Shown piece by piece: positions 8,849 to 16,863 of a DNA stretch of 64,000 nt. The position numbers and the translations under genes were made by a program. Position 1 is the first letter of the stretch. Each line of letters begins with the position of its first letter. The notes under the pieces were generated by a model. It searched no databases and had not been told where the DNA came from. It saw nothing but the letters and a program-made list of their open reading frames with translations. The stretch is from Parcubacteria group bacterium (lineage in GTDB: Bacteria; Patescibacteriota; Minisyncoccia; Phycocordibacterales; 21-14-all-47-15): the NCBI GenBank assembly GCA_016181845.1, contig JACOYO010000005.1, forward strand, positions 66,845 through 130,844, read 5' to 3'.

Positions 8849-10777
8849 CTATTTCCGTGGTCGGGAGAGCGCGTTCAAAAGAATATCAAGTTTCATGGTC
8901 GCCACGCCGCACACTTGGTCCGCGCCGCCATAGTATATATAGAGAAGCCCGTCGCAAGACACCATGCCACAGGGGAACACCACATTATTCACCAAACCGA
9001 TTTTTTCATATTCCGCTTCCGGCTCAAAAATCGGATCCGCTGAACGCGCGAGAACAATAGTCGGATCTTTCAAATCAAGGAGCGCCGCTCCGACACGGTA
9101 TGTATGATGCACTCGTGAAATCGCATGGTAGAGAAGCAGCCAGCCCTTTTTTGTTTTCATGGGCGGCGCGGTAATCCCCACTTTAATGCCATCCCATGAA
9201 CCCTGCCGCGGACCGAATATCCTGATGCACTTATTCACTTTGCTTTTTGCAAAATCAAGCGAATCAATATAGTCACCGCAGATGTCCGTCCCTACCCGAT
9301 GCAGAATGAAATATTTTTTACCAAATTTTTCCGACAAAAGACAGGTATCTTTATCATCAATAGCGACCGGAGTGATGAGCTCTGGTGGAGACCATCGGAA
9401 TACCTGATTGAGAAAATCTTTTTCCAATATGGACGACACAGCGACCCGCGGAGGCCCGATGCCGTCAAACGCCGTGTAGCACATGTAGATACGATTGCCG
9501 ATTTTTGTAATACGTGGATCTTCACAGCCGGAATTTTGTCCTTCTATTTTTTTCAACTCAAATGGCGCGCGTGGCACATATATCGGCTCTGAAGAACGCC
9601 AGTCAATATTGAGCCCGTCTTTCGTGGTCGCGTATCCGATGCGTGAAGTATTGTCGGAAGAAACCGCGCGATAAAAAAGATGCGTCTTTCCACCCAAACG
9701 AATTGCCCCGGGATTGAAAGTCGCTTTCGCTTCCCACGGGTGCGCGGTATGCGGAGTGATAATCGGATTCCCGGAAAATCGCTTGAAATGCCACTCGGGG
9801 GCTAGATTCGGACACATGCTTGAAGTTAAATCAATCATGCTCGCGGAAGCTGTACACCCAGTCGTGTCTGCCGCGCCATAGTAAAGATGAATCGTATCCC
9901 CAGAAAGAAGCGCGCCTGATGGAAACACGATATCGTCAACATGCCCCGAGCGTTCGTATGATTCTTCCGGAGAAAGAAGCGGCCCCTTGGTTCTCCCGAT
10001 AATTTTTGTCGGGTCTTCGTGGTCAAGCAAGAGCGCCTCTATGCCGAATACGCGAGGCGCGTTATCTTGTCCAGGAAAATAATTTTGGATATGCGAATAA
10101 AAGAGGAGCCACCCGTGCGGCGTTTTAATCGGCGGCGCGCCGACCTCCACATGGTCGTATGGCGTTCTCCTCGGGTCAATAGAGCTCTCGGGTATGCGCG
10201 CTTCAAAATCAGTCCATGTTTTTTTCGCCCATAGTTCTGAAATATCGTCTACTTGCACAATCGCCACCTTCGCGGGCGGGGTATCCGTGTGTGCGGAAAA
10301 AATCGCAGTTACCTTGCCGCCGATACGTTCGGGGAAAAGCACCATCGCTTTGGCATTAAAAGGAGTCACCAAATGCCGCTCGTCCACTTTTTTCAGATTT
10401 TTTGAAATCGCTACGGCAACCTTGATGCCTTCTGCCGAAAACGGATAGTTTGAGAGCGCCGTATAAAAGGTATAGTATGCCCCTTCAAAATAAGTAACGC
10501 GCGGGTCTTCGCATCCAAACTGTTCCCATTCGGCTTCCGGCGTAATAAACGGAGTGTGGTTGGTAAAGTGTTCTCCATCAATACTCTGCGCAATACCAAT
10601 AATTGAACGCTGACGCGGAGTTGCCAGCACATCTGGCAAAGACATCGCCCGATATAGCGCATATATCGTGCGCCCTCGCTTGATGACCGATGGATTGAAA
10701 GCCGCAAACGCATCCCAATAGTGTTCTGCGCTGGGGATTAAAACAGGATTGTGTTTTGAACGAGTAACGGTGAACAT
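8849..10777 (-). CDS. GH130-family glycoside phosphorylase/glycosidase, tandem duplication of two GH130 beta-propeller domains
   Basis: 642 aa; two repeats each containing NPxxI/FNP and GCEDPR(V/I)T motifs typical of GH130. Confidence 0.7.
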   Translation of the reverse strand: MFTVTRSKHNPVLIPSAEHYWDAFAAFNPSVIKRGRTIYALYRAMSLPDVLATPRQRSIIGIAQSIDGEHFTNHTPFITPEAEWEQFGCEDPRVTYFEGAYYTFYTALSNYPFSAEGIKVAVAISKNLKKVDERHLVTPFNAKAMVLFPERIGGKVTAIFSAHTDTPPAKVAIVQVDDISELWAKKTWTDFEARIPESSIDPRRTPYDHVEVGAPPIKTPHGWLLFYSHIQNYFPGQDNAPRVFGIEALLLDHEDPTKIIGRTKGPLLSPEESYERSGHVDDIVFPSGALLSGDTIHLYYGAADTTGCTASASMIDLTSSMCPNLAPEWHFKRFSGNPIITPHTAHPWEAKATFNPGAIRLGGKTHLFYRAVSSDNTSRIGYATTKDGLNIDWRSSEPIYVPRAPFELKKIEGQNSGCEDPRITKIGNRIYMCYTAFDGIGPPRVAVSSILEKDFLNQVFRWSPPELITPVAIDDKDTCLLSEKFGKKYFILHRVGTDICGDYIDSLDFAKSKVNKCIRIFGPRQGSWDGIKVGITAPPMKTKKGWLLLYHAISRVHHTYRVGAALLDLKDPTIVLARSADPIFEPEAEYEKIGLVNNVVFPCGMVSCDGLLYIYYGGADQVCGVATMKLDILLNALSRPRK

Positions 10778-10837
10778 AATGTATTGTTAATAAAATAATT
10801 CACAAAGTGTCATTGCATTATGATACCGTGAATTACG

Positions 10838-10950
10838 AAAACGCAAAATGTAAATCGAAAAATGCAAAACAACATCGTAAAGTTTAAAATATTTTGAATT
10901 TTAAATTGTTGTTTTGCATTTTTAGTTTTTAGTTTTTAGTTTCTTTATTT
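10838..10950. repeat. divergent member of the ~85-bp intergenic hairpin repeat family (aaaatgcaaaac...gttttgcatttt arms)
   Basis: Palindromic arms shared with copies at 42926, 43552, 44033, 48676 and 51346. Confidence 0.45.
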
Positions 10951-10975
10951 TTACCAGAGAATTTTGATTCGTAGG

Positions 10976-12211
10976 TTAATGTTTCGTAATCAACGATGGT
11001 GATATATTTTTACGCGCTAGTTTCGTTGAACCCAAAGTACGGAGCGACTTCAAAAATGGCTCAAGCTCTGCCGCCGCAACGCACACTACTTTATCCGCCC
11101 CTCCATAATACACGAAAAGCCATCCGTCCTTCACTATCGCGCCGCAGGCATACACGACTCCCGACTTGAATCCTTCGTTCTCATACCATTCATCAGGCTC
11201 TAAAATCGGTTGGCGTGAACGCACGAGCACTTTTGTCGGTTCCTCTAAATCAAGAAGCATCGCCCCAAGTTTGTAACGATTCGGGTCTTTGATATCCATC
11301 GCGTGATATAGCACGAGCCAGCCGTATGCAGTTTTAATCGGCGCGGGACCGACGCCGCGGAGCGCGTTGTCCCACGCATCTTTGTATCCGCCGCCAGGAT
11401 GTTTGCTTTGGATAAATTTCGCGCCGTCAAATGAATCAATATCATCCACATAGTCAATGAGAATGCTCTGTGAGATGCCGTGCAAGATGGCATACTTCCC
11501 GTTTATTTTTTCCGGGAAAAGCACCCAGTTTTTGTGAATTTCTCCCGGAGGTGAAACGAACACCGGCGTCTTCCAACGCCACCGCTCATTCACAAAGTTA
11601 TCAAAGCTGATTGAGGTGAGCGCGATTCTGACCGAACCCCATCCGTCAAATGAAGTGTAGAGCATAAACACTCTGTCGCCGAGCAATGTCAATCGCGGGT
11701 CCTCGCTTCCGCCGTTCCATCCTCCTCCCGACCCATACAATACCGGCATGGTCATATGTGATTTCTCTCTCCCCAAAAAACCTTGCGCAAATGCCGGCGA
11801 TTTCCCGCGAATATCAATGGTCACCCCATCAGAACTTCCGGCGTAGCCAAACACCGACACGTCGCCTTCCCCGATTGCCCGATAGATTAGATGCACCTTA
11901 CCGCCGCCATACACCGCGCTTGGATTAAAAGTCGCTTTTGATTCCCATGTCCTGTGCGCAACTGGACTAATAATCGGATTTGAAGACGCCCTTACCAGAG
12001 CCACTACATTCGTGGTTTTGCTTTTTTTTCTGATTGTTTTTTTGGACTTTCTTTTCTGCGTCTTTTTTAAAAGAGGAGCCGCACGCTTGACGCGCGTTTT
12101 TTGTTTCTTGCGTATCGCAATCTTTTTTTTGATGGTTTTTTTCTTTTTTGATTTAGACGCGGCCATAATTATCTTTGATGTGGGCAATACAGTTCTCATC
12201 AAAACCGCCAC
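10976..12211 (-). CDS. GH130-family glycoside phosphorylase/glycosidase with ~65-aa lysine-rich N-terminal tail
   Basis: 411 aa; WESKATFNPSAV...GSEDPRLT GH130 motifs; N-terminus is KKKKTIKKKIAIRKKQKTRVKR... Confidence 0.7.
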   Translation of the reverse strand: MAVLMRTVLPTSKIIMAASKSKKKKTIKKKIAIRKKQKTRVKRAAPLLKKTQKRKSKKTIRKKSKTTNVVALVRASSNPIISPVAHRTWESKATFNPSAVYGGGKVHLIYRAIGEGDVSVFGYAGSSDGVTIDIRGKSPAFAQGFLGREKSHMTMPVLYGSGGGWNGGSEDPRLTLLGDRVFMLYTSFDGWGSVRIALTSISFDNFVNERWRWKTPVFVSPPGEIHKNWVLFPEKINGKYAILHGISQSILIDYVDDIDSFDGAKFIQSKHPGGGYKDAWDNALRGVGPAPIKTAYGWLVLYHAMDIKDPNRYKLGAMLLDLEEPTKVLVRSRQPILEPDEWYENEGFKSGVVYACGAIVKDGWLFVYYGGADKVVCVAAAELEPFLKSLRTLGSTKLARKNISPSLITKH

Positions 12212-12309
12212 GCGCTACGGTCACTTGCGGCGCGCCGCTTGTGTACTGTAGAAATTCACCCAAAGGTCGTTTTTCGGTAAACGGTTTCTTTATCATTATG
12301 GTAATTATA

Positions 12310-13104
12310 TCATAATTCCAATAAGACGTCCGGCATCTTATTTGAAAGAATCTGACGGATAATATCTTTTGTTTCCGCAATTCCCTCTTTTTCTACCGAC
12401 TGATACAAGACGCCAAGCGATATGACAGACGCATCATTTCCGCCATGGAAAAGCGCGTCGCCCACGTAAAATACCTGCTTCGGCTCATATCGTAAACGAC
12501 GCATAAGTTTTTTAATTCCATACGCTTTATCAATTCCCTTTCTGGTAATATCAATGGAAGTCGCGCCGCCTATGCTTATGGAAAAATCGGGGAGTTCCGC
12601 GCGGAGCTCCCGCGCGAGTACGATTCGTTTCGCATGGTCGGGGTCCCACTTTTCTTTGAGCGAGAGCGGCGCCTCGCTCCCCAATCCTGAAAAAGTAATC
12701 TGTGTATCGCGGTCTTCAATAAGCACGCCGTACACTTTTTCCGGTTTTTTGAAATTTGTTTTTTTAAACGCCTGCTCAAGCGCCTCAAAAATTTTTTTCT
12801 TTTCCGCATCGGTAAATGCCACGCGGTAGACGCTCACCCATGCGTTATCTTTGTATTCATATAAACTCGCCCCATTCGTCGGCAGTAAAAAAAGATTTTT
12901 GAATGCTTCTGGCGGACATGTAAGCCCTCTTAAAAACTGCGTTTCAAATTGCGTGAACGCGGCGCCCGATATCACGGCGACTTTCTTTATCCTGAGTAGC
13001 GCGCACAAAAGCGCCGACATATCGGGGTCAAGCGGCATTTTGCTTTCCGTCAATGTCTTATCCAAATCAAAGATGATAATATCGGCGGTATCCTCGTGTT
13101 TCAT
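12310..13104 (-). CDS. HAD-IIB hydrolase, eukaryotic-type phosphomannomutase-like
   Basis: IIFDLDKTLT (DxD motif I) and FVGDALFHGGNDASV (PMM-like motif IV, GGND). Confidence 0.65.
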   Translation of the reverse strand: MKHEDTADIIIFDLDKTLTESKMPLDPDMSALLCALLRIKKVAVISGAAFTQFETQFLRGLTCPPEAFKNLFLLPTNGASLYEYKDNAWVSVYRVAFTDAEKKKIFEALEQAFKKTNFKKPEKVYGVLIEDRDTQITFSGLGSEAPLSLKEKWDPDHAKRIVLARELRAELPDFSISIGGATSIDITRKGIDKAYGIKKLMRRLRYEPKQVFYVGDALFHGGNDASVISLGVLYQSVEKEGIAETKDIIRQILSNKMPDVLLEL

Positions 13105-13124
13105 TATTCCTAATTATACATCAG

Positions 13125-13277
13125 TTATATTTTTCTAGTATCCGCCCAAAGAAAAATAACTCCTAGGGCTAAAAAGAGCCCTGCTTCAAACCAATTATGT
13201 TTTTGGAGCGCCTCAATAAGCGCAATACCAAAGAAAATTATAAAAACGGCCAGATTTGTGAACGGCGGTAGGTTCAT
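13125..13277 (-). CDS. possible small membrane protein (50 aa)
   Basis: Hydrophobic ORF MNLPPFTNLAVFIIFFGIALIEAL...; the N-terminal part of the longer track ORF is discounted. Confidence 0.3.
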   Translation of the reverse strand: MNLPPFTNLAVFIIFFGIALIEALQKHNWFEAGLFLALGVIFLWADTRKI

Positions 13278-13568
13278 GGGTTTATTATAACAGTTGCCAT
13301 AGTCGCCCGCGCCGAAGGCGCGTGCTTCTTCCCGCCTTTCGGATTCGGAAGTTTCTTTCTGCGGAGACGATCTCCGCAAATTTTAACCAAAAAAGTGGTT
13401 CAAATTCAAGGATATTGATAAAAGCATACAGGAATTGATGGCTATGTTCAAGCAACACCGAATAATGGTGTCATGTACCATTTATAATATGCTCACAACA
13501 TGAGGCGTGGATAATAAAGAAAGGTACCTGACACCATTACCCCCTGTGGATAAATAAAACTTGCATAT

Positions 13569-13605
13569 TCCGTACATATCCTGTAACATACGGAGTATGT
13601 ACGGA
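13569..13605. promoter_or_regulatory. nested palindrome tccgtacata...tatgtacgga in an AT-rich leader; candidate operator for the RHH-domain protein
   Basis: Perfect 10-bp inverted repeat with inner palindrome acatacggagtatgt, about 40 bp upstream of the 13646 start. Confidence 0.35.
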
Positions 13606-13645
13606 CAATCTGTACAAAATTATCAAATAATAACCAAAATTAATT

Positions 13646-14317
13646 ATGGATAATAAAACTATTCGTTTTGAAATGAGAATTGATCCAGCACTGATTGTTC
13701 AAATAGATGGGTGGGCAAAAAAACGTGAGATCCCCCGCTCCGAAGCCGTAAGAGCATTAATTTCAAGGGGGCTGGGAATGGATATTAGTAAGGGAGAAAA
13801 ACTTATTCTCTCAACCTTAAGTAATATTGCGAACGAGTTGAAGTTAGAAAATACGAAAAGAGAAATCGATCTCATTGTAAAAGCACTATTTCACGGTAAA
13901 TCGTGGGCAATAGACTGGGAACATGAGTGGGTCAACACAGATGATGGACCTTATAAATATGTCGAAGAAACTATTAACATTCTTAGTATGTGGGATTATC
14001 TCTCACATATATACAAAAAATTACCTAAAAAAGATCGCGAAATGGTTGATGGCGCCTGTTCTTTTATGAAATGGGGAAAATTCCCAGGCTTTGATGGTAA
14101 TAACGAGCCACATTTTGGTATTGCCCGCTTTCTTATAGAAGACATGAAAAGATTTACCAACTTCGATCCCCAAAAAATTAATTCTCACTTTCCTGTAGTG
14201 GACAACTATCTGAGCATGTATTCAGAGTTCGATAAGCAACATTATAAAAATAGAAAACCCATCGGAGTGAGCGAATTAATAACCATTACAAAAAAATTCG
14301 AGATTTCTAACAATTAA
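13646..14317 (+). CDS. fusion of N-terminal ribbon-helix-helix (CopG-like) domain with a YfbU-family (UPF0304) domain
   Basis: N-terminus RFEMRIDPALIVQIDGWAKKREIPRSEAVRALISRGL is RHH-like; the C-terminus aligns by eye to E. coli YfbU (LILS...EET.I.I..M; G.FDG...G..RF; FD....SHFP blocks). Confidence 0.55.
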   Translation: MDNKTIRFEMRIDPALIVQIDGWAKKREIPRSEAVRALISRGLGMDISKGEKLILSTLSNIANELKLENTKREIDLIVKALFHGKSWAIDWEHEWVNTDDGPYKYVEETINILSMWDYLSHIYKKLPKKDREMVDGACSFMKWGKFPGFDGNNEPHFGIARFLIEDMKRFTNFDPQKINSHFPVVDNYLSMYSEFDKQHYKNRKPIGVSELITITKKFEISNN

Positions 14318-14958
14318 CTCGCTATTTCAAAAATCTTTCTTACTAATCCTGTCCGCGCATAAAACGCACGAGTAATAGGGCGACGCTCACCAGTTCGCGG
14401 ATTGATTCCGCCTGTTCCTTTTGTACGTGCCTGTATCCATTTGCCGTCTTTCCCAGTGAGAGCATCAAATCCTTCTTTGATCAATTTTGCGCGAATAAAA
14501 TCGTAGTCCGCTTTTATTTCCTTTATCAGCTCGTCATCCTCTGCAAAATCCAAACTCGTTACTTCCAAGAGCTTCGCGTTTTTTGCGTTTTGTCCGTTCC
14601 ACTCAACCGCACAGAAAACAATGGCTTTCAATTTAGCCCAAGCATGGCTCTCAAAAAAATCATGCTGTTTCAACTCTGCGGGATTGATCATTGTGATCGC
14701 CATTGTTTCTTTTGGCACAAGCTTGCCTTTTACTTTGTGAAAAGCAACTGACTTCAATTCATAAGTCAGTCCATTCGGTGCTTTTGATACATTATTTTGG
14801 AGCCCTGCTAAGCGTTCCAAAACAAGACCTTTCCAACCTTTGTTTTGCTTTCCAGTTTCGTATGTCGTAATGCCGTACTTTAAAGCCAGTGTTCGCAAAT
14901 CTTGCCCAATATACTTTTTTAAATTTTTTATCGCAATAGCGCGGGTTATGATTTTCAT
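14314..14958 (-). CDS. MutH/Sau3AI-family endonuclease (putative GATC-specific restriction endonuclease or nicking enzyme)
   Basis: KGWKGLVLERLAG, GLTYELKSV (E-x-K catalytic motif) and the C-terminal block WIQARTKG...ITRAFYARTGLVRKIF match remembered MutH blocks KGWIGVLLEIWLG, GVELKTIP, YLQIRPKA...LPRGFYLKKNF. Confidence 0.6.
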   Translation of the reverse strand: MKIITRAIAIKNLKKYIGQDLRTLALKYGITTYETGKQNKGWKGLVLERLAGLQNNVSKAPNGLTYELKSVAFHKVKGKLVPKETMAITMINPAELKQHDFFESHAWAKLKAIVFCAVEWNGQNAKNAKLLEVTSLDFAEDDELIKEIKADYDFIRAKLIKEGFDALTGKDGKWIQARTKGTGGINPRTGERRPITRAFYARTGLVRKIFEIAS

Positions 14959-15767
14959 ACTTTTGCTTTTTTATTTTTTAAATTTCGATCCAATTCCTCG
15001 AACCGCTTTATTGATATATCTAAAAACTTTTTTTCAAGATCAACCCCAATAAAATTTCTGCCAAATAAATGTGCGACAATCCCCGTCGTAGAACTTCCAG
15101 TGAACGGATCAATTATTAAATCACCTTTGTTTGTACTAGCAAGAACAATTCTTTTCAGCAAGTCCTCGGGTTTTTGCGTTGGATGTTTCCCAAATTTTTT
15201 TTCTATTGTTTTTGGAGTTCCTATTGACCAAACCGAACGCATTTGAAGCCCGGGCTTTTTTAATGCATCCTCTGGCCAAGTGCCATTTTTCATTAAATCA
15301 TAATTGAAAATATGTTTTGCTTTCTTGTCTTTTTTCGCCCAAACAAGTGTTTCGTGGCTTGCGGTGAAAAAACGGCAACTTAAATTTGGCGATGCGTTCG
15401 GTTTGAACCAAGCAACATCATTGAGAACATGAAATCCAGCAACCTGAAGCGCGAAGCCACATTGATAAATTGAGTGATAAGTTCCACTAATCCAAATTGT
15501 TCCACTTGGTTTCAGGACACGCCTAACTGCTTGTATCCAAGCAAGATGAAATTCAAAATCTTTTTTCAGCCCGTTACTTTTATCCCACGCTCCTTTATTA
15601 ACACTTACTCTCTGTCCAGCGTGGACAGTGAAGCCTCCATTTGAAAGCAAATACGGCGGATCCGCAAAAATCATATCAACCGAATTTTCAGGAAGCTCTC
15701 CTAACAAATTCAAACAGTCCGCTTGGTAAAGTTTAAACTTCGGTTTTTCGTAATATGGTTTTTGCAT
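14955..15767 (-). CDS. DNA N6-adenine/N4-cytosine methyltransferase, beta class (motif IV DPPY precedes motif I)
   Basis: IFADPPY near the N-terminus, DPFTGSSTTG near the C-terminus; 4-nt overlap with the endonuclease gene. Confidence 0.85.
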   Translation of the reverse strand: MQKPYYEKPKFKLYQADCLNLLGELPENSVDMIFADPPYLLSNGGFTVHAGQRVSVNKGAWDKSNGLKKDFEFHLAWIQAVRRVLKPSGTIWISGTYHSIYQCGFALQVAGFHVLNDVAWFKPNASPNLSCRFFTASHETLVWAKKDKKAKHIFNYDLMKNGTWPEDALKKPGLQMRSVWSIGTPKTIEKKFGKHPTQKPEDLLKRIVLASTNKGDLIIDPFTGSSTTGIVAHLFGRNFIGVDLEKKFLDISIKRFEELDRNLKNKKAKV

Positions 15768-15872
15768 AAAACTTTTTTCAATTCAAAAAATTAAAAACTT
15801 GACCGAATCCCTCCTCGCGTCAATAGACGCCACTTTTGAATAACTATGGAAACGCTATTCAAAAATGTCGTT

Positions 15873-15963
15873 ACGGAGAGGGAGGGATTCGAACCCTCGA
15901 TGAGGTTTTAAGGCCCCATAGCGGATTAGCAATCCGCCGCTTTCAGCCGCTCAGCCACCTCTC
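15873..15963 (-). tRNA. tRNA-Ser (anticodon GCU), 91 nt with long variable arm
   Basis: Manual fold: acceptor GGAGAGG/CCUCUCC, anticodon loop UUGCUAA, long variable arm, T-arm GAGGG-UUCGAAU-CCCUC. The 3' trailer contains GGAGGGAUUCGG, complementary to the tRNA 3' end, followed by a U-run (terminator). Confidence 0.85.
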
Positions 15964-15969
15964 CAAATG

Positions 15970-16218
15970 TTATTGTGTATTTTTTAAAAGATATTTAATT
16001 CGCTCTCTGCCTTTCCCTGATTTCAAAAATTTTTCTTCTATTTTCGCATCTTTTTCAGAAATAAATGCTTCGTAATAAATTAATTTCCATGGCCCATTAT
16101 TTCTCGTGAAAATAGATTTCCCTAAATTGTGTTCTTTTATCCTTCTTTTTAAGTCATTGGTAAAACCCTTATACAGTTTGTTATTCCTAACGCTTTTTAA
16201 TATATACACATAATACAT
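15970..16218 (-). CDS. GIY-YIG nuclease superfamily protein (UPF0213/YhbQ-like, 82 aa)
   Basis: MYYVYILKS...NKLYKGFTNDLKRRIKEHN is a GIY-YIG core resembling YhbQ; the first 19 codons of the track ORF (15970..16275) are discounted because they read through a tRNA fragment. Confidence 0.75.
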   Translation of the reverse strand: MYYVYILKSVRNNKLYKGFTNDLKRRIKEHNLGKSIFTRNNGPWKLIYYEAFISEKDAKIEEKFLKSGKGRERIKYLLKNTQ

Positions 16219-16261
16219 AGTATTGTCGCTCCCAGCCCTAGGCTGGTCGGCCCCGGGCCGA

Positions 16262-16275
16262 AGCCACCTCTCCAT
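16262..16275. repeat. 14-nt direct repeat (aagccacctctcca) of the 5' end of tRNA-Ser, on the far side of the GIY-YIG gene
   Basis: Exact match to 15950-15963; the minus-strand sequence GGAGAGGUGGCUU is followed by GC-rich palindromes that are not tRNA-like. Confidence 0.55.
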
Positions 16276-16364
16276 TATATATATGCTACAAAAACTTTAG
16301 TAATCACATAGTAGCCAATTTTTGCGAAAAAACCAACTATCTTTCTTTTCGTGTTCAAAAAAAT

Positions 16365-16392
16365 AAAGGGGCAATTAACAAATTGCCCCTTT
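16365..16392 (-). terminator. rho-independent terminator downstream of the por operon (ggggcaatttgttaattgcccc + U-run on minus strand)
   Basis: Hairpin followed by a T-run on the minus strand. Confidence 0.5.
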
Positions 16393-16397
16393 TTGCT

Positions 16398-16862
16398 TCA
16401 CAAGCCGAGTCCTTTTTCAAACGCATTCTGATTCATGAGCCGCATCCGAGGTGCCTTGCATTCAGATTCAATCGCCGCGCACACTGCTTCTTTTGATAGC
16501 GGCACGTATGTTCGCGCTACTAGCATGCCGAGCAACACGTATCCACGCGCATTTTCCAACATGTGCCGATTTGCTTCTGATGGAATTGAGAGATACCACG
16601 TTTCTTCGCGCGTGCGAAGCGTCGCCCAAGAAGCACATATATCAATGCCGACATCGGGCTTCCATTCCACTACCGGATTGCACGGCATATCAGAGACAAC
16701 CAAATGACAGTTTGAGACACCACCCCTAACTGCCGTGTCATACTCGGGCGCCAGCGCAACATAACACGAAGGATTTTCTGCCATTATTGCACGACAAATA
16801 ATCGCTCCCAATGTATGCACTCCAAACCCGCCTTTCCCAAAAATAATCATTGAGAGTTCCAT
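16398..16862 (-). CDS. 2-oxoacid:ferredoxin oxidoreductase gamma subunit
   Basis: MELSMIIFGKGGFGVHTLG gamma-subunit signature; start at ATG 16862 directly after the korAB stop. Confidence 0.8.
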   Translation of the reverse strand: MELSMIIFGKGGFGVHTLGAIICRAIMAENPSCYVALAPEYDTAVRGGVSNCHLVVSDMPCNPVVEWKPDVGIDICASWATLRTREETWYLSIPSEANRHMLENARGYVLLGMLVARTYVPLSKEAVCAAIESECKAPRMRLMNQNAFEKGLGL

Positions 16863-16863
16863 A

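Noticed and set aside
12012-12251. Track ORF 12012..12251(+) (poly-Phe/Leu peptide)
   Set aside because: It is the antisense translation of the AAA/AAG-rich region encoding the lysine tail of the GH130 gene, a compositional artefact.
13300-13400. Direct repeat of the tRNA-Ser 3' end at the far border of the AT-rich R-M island
   Set aside because: None was found by eye near 13.1-13.6 kb. The island boundary therefore rests on composition and gene content only, and no att duplication is claimed.
16219-16275. First 19 codons of track ORF 15970..16275 (MERWLRPGADQPRAGSDNT)
   Set aside because: They are encoded by the duplicated tRNA-Ser 5' fragment and GC palindromes. The GIY-YIG homology starts at MYYVYILKS (16218).
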